A stretch of DNA of 63,358 nucleotides, the filler included, from Octopus bimaculoides (Eukaryota), in NCBI RefSeq assembly GCF_001194135.2. It is 5 parts of 4 records of this genome, joined end to end, with 100 filler letters (N's around TTAATTAATTAA, not from the genome) between each part and the next. Parts side by side here need not be neighbours in the genome. Positions count along the whole stretch, not along the records: positions 20,289 to 33,651 come from NC_069000.1; positions 33,752 to 38,356 come from NC_068983.1; positions 38,457 to 54,493 come from NC_068982.1; 2 more parts are not named here. One strand, written 5' to 3'. Shown here one piece after another: positions 26,631 through 38,773 of this stretch; position 1 is the first letter of the stretch; each line of letters begins with the position of its first letter. The notes beneath the pieces are model-generated. The model searched no databases, was not told where the DNA came from, and was given only the letters and a program-made list of their open reading frames with translations. The position numbers were made by a program, and so were the translations under genes.

Positions 26631-27689
26631 TAGGTGCGTGAAAGATTGGGTGATTGAGAAGCTTCCTTCCCAACCACATGGTTCCGCGTTCAGTTCCTCT
26701 GCATTGTACCTTGGTTAAATATTTTTTACTATAGCCCTAGGTCAACCACAGACTTGTTACNNNNNNNNNNNNNNNNNNNNNNNNNNNNNNNNNNNNNNNN
26801 NNNNNNNNNNNNNNNNNNNNNNNNNNNNNNNNNNNNNNNNNNNNNNNNNNNNNNNNNNNNNNNNNNNNNNNNNNNNNNNNNNNNNNNNNNNNNNNNNNNN
26901 NNNNNNNNNNNNNNNNNNNNNNNNNNNNNNNNNNNNNNNNNNNNNNNNNNNNNNNNNNNNNNNNNNNNNNNNNNNNNNNNNNNNNNNNNNNNNNNNNNNN
27001 NNNNNNNNNNNNNNNNNNNNNNNNNNNNNNNNNNNNNNNNNNNNNNNNNNNNNNNNNNNNNNNNNNNNNNNNNNNNNNNNNNNNNNNNNNNNNNNNNNNN
27101 NNNNNNNNNNNNNNNNNNNNNNNNNNNNNNNNNNNNNNNNNNNNNNNNNNNNNNNNNNNNNNNNNNNNNNNNNNNNNNNNNNNNNNNNNNNNNNNNNNNN
27201 NNNNNNNNNNNNNNNNNNNNNNNNNNNNNNNNNNNNNNNNNNNNNNNNNNNNNNNNNNNNNNNNNNNNNNNNNNNNNNNNNNNNNNNNNNNNNNNNNNNN
27301 NNNNNNNNNNNNNNNNNNNNNNNNNNNNNNNNNNNNNNNNNNNNNNNNNNNNNNNNNNNNNNNNNNNNNNNNNNNNNNNNNNNNNNNNNNNNNNNNNNNN
27401 NNNNNNNNNNNNNNNNNNNNNNNNNNNNNNNNNNNNNNNNNNNNNNNNNNNNNNNNNNNNNNNNNNNNNNNNNNNNNNNNNNNNNNNNNNNNNNNNNNNN
27501 NNNNNNNNNNNNNNNNNNNNNNNNNNNNNNNNNNNNNNNNNNNNNNNNNNNNNNNNNNNNNNNNNNNNNNNNNNNNNNNNNNNNNNNNNNNNNNNNNNNN
27601 NNNNNNNNNNNNNNNNNNNNNNNNNNNNNNNNNNNNNNNNNNNNNNNNNNNNNNNNNNNNNNNNNNNNNNNNNNNNNNNNNNNNNNNNN

Positions 27690-27731
<42 letters not shown>

Positions 27732-27819
27732 ATATATATATACCAAATATCTCATCACTTATCAGTTTCCTCTGCCTGTCTAGACAAATTTTCACATTGG
27801 TTAATTTACATGTGTGTGT

Positions 27820-27884
<65 letters not shown>

Positions 27885-28238
27885 CGTGTGTCTTTATGTA
27901 TGCGTTTATGTATATGTATTAATTCTTGAGTCTTATTTCACTTCTATGCTTTCCTTTCCATATGCTACTACTCTAATTAAAACATTTTATGATTAGTTTG
28001 CCATGTAAAACTTTTCTTCATAATTAACTTTTCCCTTGTTCACTACACTTGGTTATATGTGAAATGCATCCTAAGACATTGCACAGTTATCTCAGTAATT
28101 AGAAACGAATCAGGTTGGACGTGAGAATTAATCACTGTTGTAGCGCAATTTGCATAAGTTTCATTAGTTCAGGCAACGCTGGTAACTTGGTGCTAGGATG
28201 TCATGTGTATATATTTTTGTATGCATACAAACATACAC

Positions 28239-28272
<34 letters not shown>

Positions 28273-28644
28273 ACATAAATATATATATATATATATATAT
28301 ANNNNNNNNNNNNNNNNNNNNNNNNNNNNNNNNNNNNNNNNNNNNNNNNNNNNNNNNNNNNNNNNNNNNNNNNNNNNNNNNNNNNNNNNNNNNNNNNNNN
28401 NNNNNNNNNNNNNNNNNNNNNNNNNNNNNNNNNNNNNNNNNNNNNNNNNNNNNNNNNNNNNNNNNNNNNNNNNNNNNNNNNNNNNNNNNNNNNNNNNNNN
28501 NNNNNNNNNNNNNNNNNNNNNNNNNNNNNNNNNNNNNNNNNNNNNNNNNNNNNNNNNNNNNNNNNNNNNNNNNNNNNNNNNNNNNNNNNNNNNNNNNNNN
28601 NNNNNNNNNNNNNNNNNNNNNNNNNNNNNNNNNNNNNNNNNNNN

Positions 28645-28706
<62 letters not shown>

Positions 28707-29084
28707 ATACATTTATATACATATATGTATGTACATATGTATATGCGTATATATGTGTGTATTTAATTTATGCATGTATATATATGTATGTATGCATGCT
28801 TGTTTGTATGAGGCACGTGCTGTGAACAAAGTGTCTGGATAGCGTAGGTATGATTAAACTTGTCAACTAAGAGACTTTATCACTACATATTTTGACATGA
28901 AAAATATCTTACAGGCAGCGTATTTGACATTGGTATTGACTTGCGTATTTGGTAATTATTTTACCCATGTTCTTGTGTTAGACTGTGTATACGGTGGCCT
29001 ACAATGACCTTATAGCCTGGGTAATAAAACTCAGCGCTAATTTTATTTGTGATAATTTCATTAAAAATCATCAAAAATAAATGA

Positions 29085-29990
29085 AATTTTGCCTTATCAT
29101 TTTGTAGTCTACTCTTTAGCTTATATCATGTCTTTCACCCGATTAAGCATGGATTTGACTAATCTCTGTCTGTTCATTCTTCAGTTAATTCATACTACAG
29201 CTCTATAATCGATGTAATTTTTGACGGTCTTGCCTGCAATTTTTCTAAATGTGTTCTGTTGGATTAAGATCCAGGCCTTGATCAACCCATTTAAGACATC
29301 TGTTTCCATTAATTAATTTCCAAACTTATAATAGCTTAATCGTATTGGCATGGGGCTACATCTTTCAAAAGATGACTCAGATTATCAATTCCAGCATTGG
29401 AACAGATGAATAATAGACCCTTTTCATGTATTTGACAATATTTTGAGCGACTCCACTTTCAACAAAGATGAGCAGTGATCTACCTAGCACCCAAACTGCC
29501 CACTCCTCATACAATAACTCTAACTCCTCCATGTCTAACTGTTCCTTGCAAATAACCCAGCACCTATGTTTTAGTTTTATTGCACCACGCACATATAGTT
29601 GCTTTGAAATGGAAAATTGGCAGCATTTGTTTTCGTTAGGCCTCATTATTGACAACCAAACTCTTTAGCCCATTTGAACTTTTTGGTCTTATTAGCTTTT
29701 GAAACCATTGTCTTCTTTCTTGCGAATATTCGTTCATAGCAAAGTCATTTCAGTATAGTTCTTTCGCAATATAGCGGCATACCAATAAAATTTGAAGCCA
29801 CTTTACCAGTTTCATGTCAACGTTTAATAACTAATAACTTTGCTTGCTCAGAAACTGTCTTTAATCGGCAATTCCTTTCGTTAATCACCCTTTACACTAT
29901 ATCATCTGCTATTTGATTATTAATACCAAAAACTTGAGCTATTTTTCGATGAGACTTTCCAAACTGATACCAGACAATTACTTGCCGCAT
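29085..29990 (-). mobile_element. Degenerate Tc1-family transposase pseudogene
   Basis: Minus-strand fragments in the correct order: GKSHRKIAQVFGI (HTH), ARKKTMVSKANKTKKFKWAKE, TVRHGGVRVIV*G (TVKHGGGSVMVWG), LLKDVAPC (QQDNAPCH), WVDQGLDLNPTEHI* (WPxQSPDLNPIEHLW), LVKSMLNRVKDMI*AK. Many stops. Confidence 0.88.
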
Positions 29991-30443
29991 ATAAAACCAT
30001 TGATATCATTAGCATAGGTTTTTCAGTTACTACAACTTAAATGTATTTCACTTTTAATCACATTGTTTTGTACGTAAAATGACAGACTGTCAAAAGCACA
30101 GTCATGCAAATTAAGTTATGCGCTACGTTAGTCTAATTTATGATTGCTTTATATAATAGCTGATCTGTATTAATGATCGGGCAAGGAAACTGGGTATATT
30201 GTCACTGAAGAACAGTCAACAAACTGTAAACTGTCCGTTCAGCGATGACCCACACTTTTTGTCTGTACATCAAAAGCCAAGAAAAATATTTACATTCTTA
30301 TTTCACCCACGACTATAAATTTAAATTTATTGCAAATCTTATGATTCACGCTGAGCTGCGCATGTAACACACACAAACACACATATACACACACATGCAC
30401 ACACACACAGTTTGGGAGTTGATATATACTTTTGTCATCATGT

Positions 30444-30479
<36 letters not shown>

Positions 30480-31057
30480 ACACACACACACATACACACA
30501 CACACACACACACACAGAAATTTATACACACGCATATACATATATATATATTTATGTAGAAATACATATTGCAATGAAGGACATGTAACAAAGTTAAGAA
30601 TCAAATATGTATTCTTTATTCCAACATAAGACTTTGAGAAAGGTTCTTCTTGAAATAAATATTCACACGATTATCATTGAAAAGAAAAGTTAGTTAAAAA
30701 CTGTTAATACTATCATGTCCGGCACATCTTACTACATTATACATGCCTGCAGAGGCTTCCCTATGAAATAGGGTTAGCGGACACTCAGAAGAATCATTTC
30801 ACTGGTAAAATGTTTTGTTTACATTTTACGAATATCATTTGTTGGTAGGAGTTTCACTAGAAACGTGGTGTTGAAGCAATTACTAAGATAAAGGTTGTAA
30901 TCTCTTAATTTTAATTTTATTTTCCATATCATTTTCATACCGTCATTTCTGATGGTACGGGTATACTAGTATGTTATATAATTATTGCATATTCTCTAAC
31001 CATGTTGACAAAATAAAGCGATTGTTTATTGATTCTTTCTTCTTTTATTTTTTTCAG

Positions 31058-31981
31058 GGTCGTGCGTGTAAAATTTGCCACCAAATCAGTAACTCCGACC
31101 TGTATCATCCTCCTATTTTACCCAAAAGTCCTTTCACTCCTATTTCGACAATTGGACATTGGGTTAGTGTACGATGCGAAACCCGACCGCTAGGAATGTT
31201 CATTACACGTAGGCTGACATTTTATGAGGGTGGTAATAACTGGAGTGGTACATATAATTACTTTCGGGACCCTCGATGCCGTCAACCAAGCTTCACATTA
31301 GACGCCGAGGGTAAGTATTCAGAAATAATGGGTACAACAACGGTGATAGGCGGAACGAAACATTATAAATTCACTGTGCAAAGGTTAAAAATTACACCGG
31401 AACACTACAGCATCAGCGAAAATTTAAATTTTTACAATGGTTCGGGTTGTGGTGTTCCTGGATCGTGGCGAATTGGAATAACACAAGATGTGACTTCTAC
31501 ACACGGTTGCAGACCTATGGATATCAGACTACCAAATGTTGTACTGGAAACTATTAAGACGGTTACCGATGTGAATAAAGAACGTTATTTGTATATGGGA
31601 AAGAGAGTTATGTATAGCGGACCAAGAAGCCATTCGTATCCAACGTCTTTTCAACCACCACTTCAAAGTTGCACCAAAGGAAATATCAAACGAAAATCAG
31701 GATCTTCATCTTTGACAGTCCGACATATTAAACAAAATATAGCCCAAGCTAAGCCCTTGATTCAATTAAGTGGTACAAGATCGCTGTACGCCACTAGTAT
31801 GGCTGCCAGGCAAAAAACAGTTAACTCCCTTTTAATAACAAGCATGATGGCAGTTGTAGCTCTCTTAACAAAGAGTCGTGAAATGTCATCCACAAGAGAT
31901 TATTGGCAAATGTTGATTACAATGTGTTTTATTTGTGCTCTTTCGCTCACTGGATTTATAGCAGCGGCTGTACAAAATTGA
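31058..31981 (+). CDS. APCDD1: Terminal coding exon of an APCDD1-like protein (second APCDD1 domain plus hydrophobic C-terminus)
   Basis: The translation GRACKICHQISNSDLYHPPILP..GHWVSVRCETRPLGMFITRRLTFYEGGNNWSGTYNYFRDPRCRQPSFTLDAEGKYS..GGT..FTVQRLKITP..NGSGCGVPGSWRIGITQDVTSTHGC..IRLP..PTSFQPPLQSC matches the vertebrate APCDD1 motifs I recall: [68 protein letters not shown]. A polypyrimidine tract with acceptor tttcag|ggt lies at 31057/31058 (phase 0). Stop is TGA at 31979-31981. The ORF-track start at 30971 is intronic. Confidence 0.93.
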   Translation, partial: GRACKICHQISNSDLYHPPILPKSPFTPISTIGHWVSVRCETRPLGMFITRRLTFYEGGNNWSGTYNYFRDPRCRQPSFTLDAEGKYSEIMGTTTVIGGTKHYKFTVQRLKITPEHYSISENLNFYNGSGCGVPGSWRIGITQDVTSTHGCRPMDIRLPNVVLETIKTVTDVNKERYLYMGKRVMYSGPRSHSYPTSFQPPLQSCTKGNIKRKSGSSSLTVRHIKQNIAQAKPLIQLSGTRSLYATSMAARQKTVNSLLITSMMAVVALLTKSREMSSTRDYWQMLITMCFICALSLTGFIAAAVQN

Positions 31982-32178
31982 AGAGCAAAACCAATCAAAC
32001 AAAAAATATTATATGAAAAGCTGTGTGAAGAATTTCAATGTAAATTAATTCTGTCAAATATGCCAAAACCACAAAACATTTCTTCATATACATATACAAG
32101 CAAAAACACTTTATTTTCTAAAAAAAATACCTGGATATTAATGGATTTTGCATAAATTGCAACGCAACTATTTATATA

Positions 32179-32184
32179 AATAAA
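32179..32184 (+). promoter_or_regulatory. Possible polyadenylation signal for the APCDD1-like gene
   Basis: AATAAA about 200 nt after the stop codon. The context is AT-rich, so chance occurrence is likely. Confidence 0.25.
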
Positions 32185-32922
32185 ATATCAAAATAATTAC
32201 TTCGTTACATATGTATATATGTACGTGTACAAACATATATAATTACATCATACACATATACACAAGCATGTATATGATACAACTATATATATNNNNNNNN
32301 NNNNNNNNNNNNNNNNNNNNNNNNNNNNNNNNNNNNNNNNNNNNNNNNNNNNNNNNNNNNNNNNNNNNNNNNNNNNNNNNNNNNNNNNNNNNNNNNNNNN
32401 NNNNNNNNNNNNNNNNNNNNNNNNNNNNNNNNNNNNNNNNNNNNNNNNNNNNNNNNNNNNNNNNNNNNNNNNNNNNNNNNNNNNNNNNNNNNNNNNNNNN
32501 NNNNNNNNNNNNNNNNNNNNNNNNNNNNNNNNNNNNNNNNNNNNNNNNNNNNNNNNNNNNNNNNNNNNNNNNNNNNNNNNNNNNNNNNNNNNNNNNNNNN
32601 NNNNNNNNNNNNNNNNNNNNNNNNNNNNNNTATATATATATATATATTGTAGATATAAAAAGTATACGCGTGTGTATATGTCCATGTATATTTATAGTTA
32701 TATATAATATATATTTATATAGACAAATACAAACACGCATGCACACGCTCTCACACACTCACATACACCCTCTATTTCTCTTTTTCTTTCTTTCTCGCTC
32801 TCTCTTTCTTTCTCACTCACTCTCTCTCTCTCTCTCTCTCACGCACACACACAGACATACATATACACACACCTACAGATGAAGACTTCTAATGTATATA
32901 AAGGACTTAAATTGATGTACAA

Positions 32923-32990
32923 TGTGTTCGTAGTTTAATGATCAGCACACTTGCTCTGGTTAGCAGAACGTGCTTGGTTCGATTCCTATA
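32923..32990 (+). pseudogene. Decayed tRNA-like sequence or orphan SINE head
   Basis: A-box-like TAGTTTAATGATC and B box GGTTCGATTCC with tRNA-like spacing. No convincing acceptor stem. Confidence 0.4.
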
Positions 32991-33584
32991 TTTAACGTGG
33001 AAGTAGGCTGCAGCTTTCAAAAATACAGAAAAAAAAAATGTAATGTCAGAANNNNNNNNNNAGATATAAGCAACTTTATTATGTATATAGCATACAAAGA
33101 ATTTGGTTTCATTTCACCTAAGTTTTATACGTGAACCAAATATAAATTTGTTTTTGTCCTTTTCTTAATGAATGAAGACGCAACTCTGATAGCGCAGCTA
33201 TTACATACAACTACTATTACTATTAATACCTCATATATTCATAAATTATATTGGAAATGCAATTGTTCTTGTTCTTCCTTTCTCTTTTTTTTTTTAATGA
33301 TTTTTCAATACATTCTTTTTACTTACATAGCAGACATGCACGCTGCATTTTGGTATTTTCTTCAAATAAGCAGGGATATAGATGTGAATTTGTGTGTATG
33401 CGTGTGTATGTATAAATATATATGTGATATATATGTGTATATATATGAAATTATGTATGTCTGTTGGTATATATGTATATATATATATATCTATATGTAC
33501 ATATATATATATACATATAGAATATATATATGTATGTGTATATATATATGTATGTATATATATGTATGCATATATATAGATGTG

Positions 33585-33651
<67 letters not shown>

Positions 33652-33751
33652 NNNNNNNNNNNNNNNNNNNNNNNNNNNNNNNNNNNNNNNNNNNNTTAAT
33701 TAATTAANNNNNNNNNNNNNNNNNNNNNNNNNNNNNNNNNNNNNNNNNNNN

Positions 33752-33825
33752 ACATACAGGTGGATGTCGGTATGCACATACCTGTACGTATATATGCATA
33801 TACTCATTTACTATTTGTTTTTATA
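33752..33825 (+). repeat. 3' fragment of the same repeat family
   Basis: ACATACAGGTGGATGTCGGTATGCACATACCTGTACGTATATATGCATATACTCATTT aligns with 40490-40555. Confidence 0.65.
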
Positions 33826-34014
33826 TATATATATATCATAAATATACAGGGATTAGCTTGAGTTGCTTCTCCAACATACTGAAAATTTAGAAATAGCAGT
33901 CAAAGAACTACTGATTCCAAACTACAAATTTTTTCTCTAACGGATGGCGATATTTATGGCACACACAGAACAAAAAGCAGAAGAGAAAAGCAAAAACAAA
34001 CCAGCCTTTAGTTA

Positions 34015-34077
34015 ATTGGATACGACGTTTCACGGTTAAGAGTATGAAGCTACTCTATTCCGACTCTTCAGCCCAAT
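34015..34077 (-). ncRNA. Type I hammerhead ribozyme motif with intact core
   Basis: Minus strand: AUUGGG CUGAAGA GUCGGAAU-AGAGUA-GCUUCA-UACUCU-UAACCGU GAA ACGUCGU A UCCAAU. Stem I has 6 bp (one G-U), the core is CUGAAGA/GAAA, and the cleavage triplet is GUA. Confidence 0.7.
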
Positions 34078-34136
34078 ATTCTGATAAATTCGAAAGTGTC
34101 TCTAAAAAAATTCACGGTAATTTTGGCCATGCGACA

Positions 34137-34179
<43 letters not shown>

Positions 34180-34416
34180 TATGTATGATATATATATCTA
34201 CATATATATAAGCATATATATGTATACACACATATACTCACACACACACACATATATACACTATGTTACCTATACATTATTAACTTTGGCAACTATGTAC
34301 AACTACTACTGTTGCTACATTAAACTATCGTGCCATCATAATCACCATTACCTTTCTCTCGACTACCACCACCACCAACCACCAACCACCACCACCACCA
34401 CCACCACCACCACCAT

Positions 34417-34487
<71 letters not shown>

Positions 34488-35332
34488 AGATTGTATTAGA
34501 CATCCTTTTGTATTTTGCATAATGAAATATTCTTTATGAAAGTAAAAAAAATCTCAGACATTTCATGAAATATGTGACAAAGTTAATGAAGCTTCTAGCA
34601 AAACTTTTTAGTACATTCTCACAGATTTTAAGTGTATACTATTATAATTTTATTAGATTTAGTTGCCAGCCTATTCCAGTACATTTTTTATATGAATGAA
34701 TTGAGACTGATAGTCATTTTCTATTTCTTTTAGAAACCGTCGCTTTTACATAAATTTGACATCTTTAAAACAAAGTATTAACCTCAAGGCTTTTAATGTC
34801 TTCTATAATTATAAGTCTTCGTGCACATTATTTACAGTTGCATGTCTTTTTGTTAACAATTGCATATCTTTCTGTCTACTTCTTCAAGTTTCTAGTTGTA
34901 CAAGTCATTGCCGAAATTATATCTTAGTTATATTCTGGAAATTTAAATTATACTTAATGAAGAATAATGACAATAATATAAGAACCAGTTAATGATGTGG
35001 ATTAAAATATATCTTTAATATATGAATATAAACAAATTAAAGAAGACCCCTACCGACTGAAATAAAAACGACCGAAACCAACTAAGTTTGCTCACTCATA
35101 AAACCATTACATGTAAACCGCAAGCTAATTGGTTAAAATGAAGGCGGGATCTATGCTAGTAACATCGGTGAGCCTGACAAACCGTGGCGTTTAAGCTGCA
35201 TGCTGACTGGTCAAAACTGCATTCGAAAAATTCAGCTTGTCGGAGCCTTCTAAAAGGTATAAAAAGGAGGAAGTCAATCATTTTACTACAGTTGTTAAGA
35301 ATTCAACTCAACTGTCAGTCAATGCATTTTGA

Positions 35333-35370
35333 AATCTGATGATTACTACGAATGTATGAAAGCGCTAATT
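35333..35370 (+). ncRNA. Degenerate minimal type I hammerhead motif
   Basis: AAU CUGAUGA UUAC-UACGAAU-GUAU GAA AGCGCU A AUU. The core is intact and stem III is palindromic (AGCGCU). Stem II has a U-U closing mismatch and stem I has only 3 bp. Confidence 0.45.
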
Positions 35371-36589
35371 GAACATTATGACCATTAAATATTTTTTTAA
35401 TGTTTAACACATTTCAACATTGCAAAAAAAGTTTTTGCTTCAATGTTGTATTTTTAGCATATCAGTAGCAATGCCATACAACATTGGAAGCAGAAACAGC
35501 TGTTAGATGGGATGCAGTCTATTGGTATCGAATTAATAGTCACTACCCATGAATTTATTCAGAACAATTCCAGTCACTACTATTACAACGACAACAGGTC
35601 ACTTTTAGGTCACTTGATCATTTAAGAGGATTCCACCAACATCCTACTACTGTCATACCACTCCCGTATTTTTATTATTCTTTCTCTTCTTTTTCTACTC
35701 CCGCTTGTTGTTGTTCTTGTTCTTGCTGCTGTTGTTGTTGTTGTTGTTNNNNNNNNNNNNNNNNNNNNNNNNNNNNNNNNNNNNNNNNNNNNNNNNNNNN
35801 NNNNNNNNNNNNNNNNNNNNNNNNNNNNNNNNNNNNNNNNNNNNNNNNNNNNNNNNNNNNNNNNNNNNNNNNNNNNNNNNNNNNNNNNNNNNNNNNNNNN
35901 NNNNNNNNNNNNNNNNNNNNNNNNNNNNNNNNNNNNNNNNNNNNNNNNNNNNNNNNNNNNNNNNNNNNNNNNNNNNNNNNNNNNNNNNNNNNNNNNNNNN
36001 NNNNNNNNNNNNNNNNNNNNNNNNNNNNNNNNNNNNNNNNNNNNNNNNNNNNNNNNNNNNNNNNNNNNNNNNNNNNNNNNNNNNNNNNNNNNNNNNNNNN
36101 NNNNNNNNNNNNNNNNNNNNNNNNNNNNNNNNNNNNNNNNNNNNNNNNNNNNNNNNNNNNNNNNNNNNNNAGAAGGAAAATGTCCCTTGTATTTGAAAAC
36201 TATGGAGATATCTTAATTTCTCCACATGCACTGACCTCAAATTGACACCCAAATTGACACGGTACATGCACTCTTCTCAAATTGACACCCAAACACTCTG
36301 AAATGTTCGTATTGTAGCTTCCGGCGCGAATGCCAAGCAGTACAGTACGTCGTTTCCAAACTTTTGTCAGAGTGAATTGCGTCATAGTGTTTTTTTTCCT
36401 CATAGACGGTACCCAACTGATCCTACTATACTGTATAGCTGACAAAATCAAAAACAAGCAATGCGCATGCACGAAATTAAAAATGTTAAATGGCGACAAT
36501 TTATCCATCGCACCCTGTGTATGTGTTTCTATATATACTTACACACACACACACACAGACATCCGCGCGCACACACACACGCACACACA

Positions 36590-36661
<72 letters not shown>

Positions 36662-37450
36662 AAACACACACACACACACACACAAAAACACACACACCTA
36701 TAAGTATTCATATATTACTACTTGCAGTCCTTTCCATTCACCAACAACACACGGTAATCCCTTAGGGAAGTTTGTATTGTTTAACAATGTTTCCAATATC
36801 TTTAAACTAAATTTTCATTATTGTTTGTCTTAATCCTCAACTAATCTTTACATTATTGTCTGAAATAAAGACATTATTAGTTTGTCTTTCGTTTCTTCAA
36901 AGAAAACGGGTTAAATAAAACCGCCATTGTGATACTGTTTTACTTCTCAGCTGATCAAAGAGAAAACAAATTAAAGAATATTGCTTTAACCGTTTCTTTT
37001 CAAATGTTCTACTCTATTTCCCATTGTTACAGAAGACAAAACGCCAGTAGGTGTTTAGGAACAGTTTTGTTTTTAAAAGGAAAACGTTTTTACTTTGTGC
37101 TTCATTTACTTTCGTACTTTATTCGAAATAAGGAGTTAGATACTGTTTTCTTCTGCTTCACTAGTAAACAGAGGAAATAAGTAGTAATTTGCTTCTCAAG
37201 TAACAAATGTCTGAGAACATACTATGACTGTTTTATGGCAATGTAGGAGAAAAAATAGCAAAGAAAACTAACCAGGAAAAATTAGTTAAAAATATATAAG
37301 AGAAAAAGAAATAAATTACATGAAATATAAGACGCCGAAAAGAATCGGAAATAAAAGAAAGCAGTTACTTTTTGTTTTCATAATATTCAATCATATAAAG
37401 TTTCAATCACAATGAAGATCTCTGGTATTTTAATTTACGCAAATTTGAAG

Positions 37451-37524
<74 letters not shown>

Positions 37525-37566
37525 GTCCGTCCGTCCGTCCATTGATTGATAGATAGATATACAATC

Positions 37567-37628
<62 letters not shown>

Positions 37629-38224
37629 ATAGACAGATAGTGTGTGCCTAACGCTTCGTTGCAACTTTTCTATTGCACCTACTCTTTTCTCTTAACAGAT
37701 ACACACGTTTATGGATACATTTCCTATTATCTAATGTTTTGTAAGACATTTACAGACACGAATAGATATAGGTACTCACAAAAATACACACTCACATACA
37801 TGCACATACGTACACACAAAAGCGCAAATATTACTTACTTGGAGGTGTCATCTCTGTTTTACCCACTTTTATACTCTAGTTTTACTCGTGTGAGCACGCA
37901 CGTGTGTGTAAATGTGGTGTGCATGTGAATGTATTTGTGTGTGTAGGTGTATATACATATATGTATGTATATATAGCTTCACAACACATTGCTTTAAAGG
38001 TCAAACGGTCAAACGTAATGCTAATTTATTCAAATTGTTTTGAATTAATCATGGATTATCTCCTAGCTTCGAGATTTCAATGATGTGATTGCTTAGTCCT
38101 AGAATAACATTGTAGGGTAGGTGTGAGACGCTGGATGTGGCCTGTTCAAACAGAAAACAGGAAGAATATTTGGGCTGGATGTAGCTGGTTTAGATGCTAA
38201 AGGGATATATATATATGTATATAT

Positions 38225-38356
38225 AGGCGTAGGAGTGGCTGTATATATATATATACAGGCGTAGGAGTGGCTGTGTGGTAAGTAACTTGCTTACCAACCA
38301 CATGGCTCCAGGTTCAGTCCCACTGCGTGGCACCCTGGGCAAGTGTCTTCTACTAT
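38225..38356 (+). mobile_element. SINE A head with duplicated 5' end, cut at a scaffold join
   Basis: GGCGTAGGAGTGGCTGT occurs twice, followed by the canonical head. Confidence 0.85.
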
Positions 38357-38456
38357 NNNNNNNNNNNNNNNNNNNNNNNNNNNNNNNNNNNNNNNNNNNN
38401 TTAATTAATTAANNNNNNNNNNNNNNNNNNNNNNNNNNNNNNNNNNNNNNNNNNNN

Positions 38457-38770
38457 CTACACTGTTATTCTCACACATCTAAATAGACCGCTCTTCCAAC
38501 GTATCTAACTACAAAGTTATTCGCACATATCTCACTAAACTCTTCTTGTCACAAATGTAACTACACTTTTATTACCACACATCTAAGTACACTGTTTTTG
38601 TGACGTATTACACTGTTATTCTCACATATCTAACTACACTCTTATTATCAGTCAGGTAACTACAATGTTACTCTTACAAATCTAACTACACTGTTAATCA
38701 CAAATATCTAGCTACAGTGCTATTTTCTGATATCTAATTACGCTATTATTCTCAAACATATAACCAAACT
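38457..38770 (+). repeat. Degenerate 26-bp minisatellite, about 12 units
   Basis: Units such as CTACACTGTTATTCTCACACATCTAA, CTACAAAGTTATTCGCACATATCTCA and CTACAATGTTACTCTTACAAATCTAA. Confidence 0.85.
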
Positions 38771-38773
38771 GTT

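Noticed and set aside
30205-30235. CUGAAGA-ACAG/CUGU-AAAC hammerhead-like motif
   Set aside because: G12 is missing and no stem I pairing is possible.
30715-30805. Upstream APCDD1 exon candidate
   Set aside because: No frame resembles the expected LFLGD..RP.SYQPPL sequence that precedes the terminal exon.
30971-31057. N-terminal 29 codons of the 336-aa ORF
   Set aside because: This is an intronic polypyrimidine tract. Homology starts after the AG acceptor at 31057.
36170-36510. Tc1/mariner-type MITE end (ACAGGGTG) with CAAATTGACAC repeats
   Set aside because: Only one end is visible (the other is in a gap), which is too little to call.
38457-38770. CRISPR-like array
   Set aside because: The variable part is only about 8 nt, the units are degenerate, the context is eukaryotic and there are no cas genes. 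It is a minisatellite.
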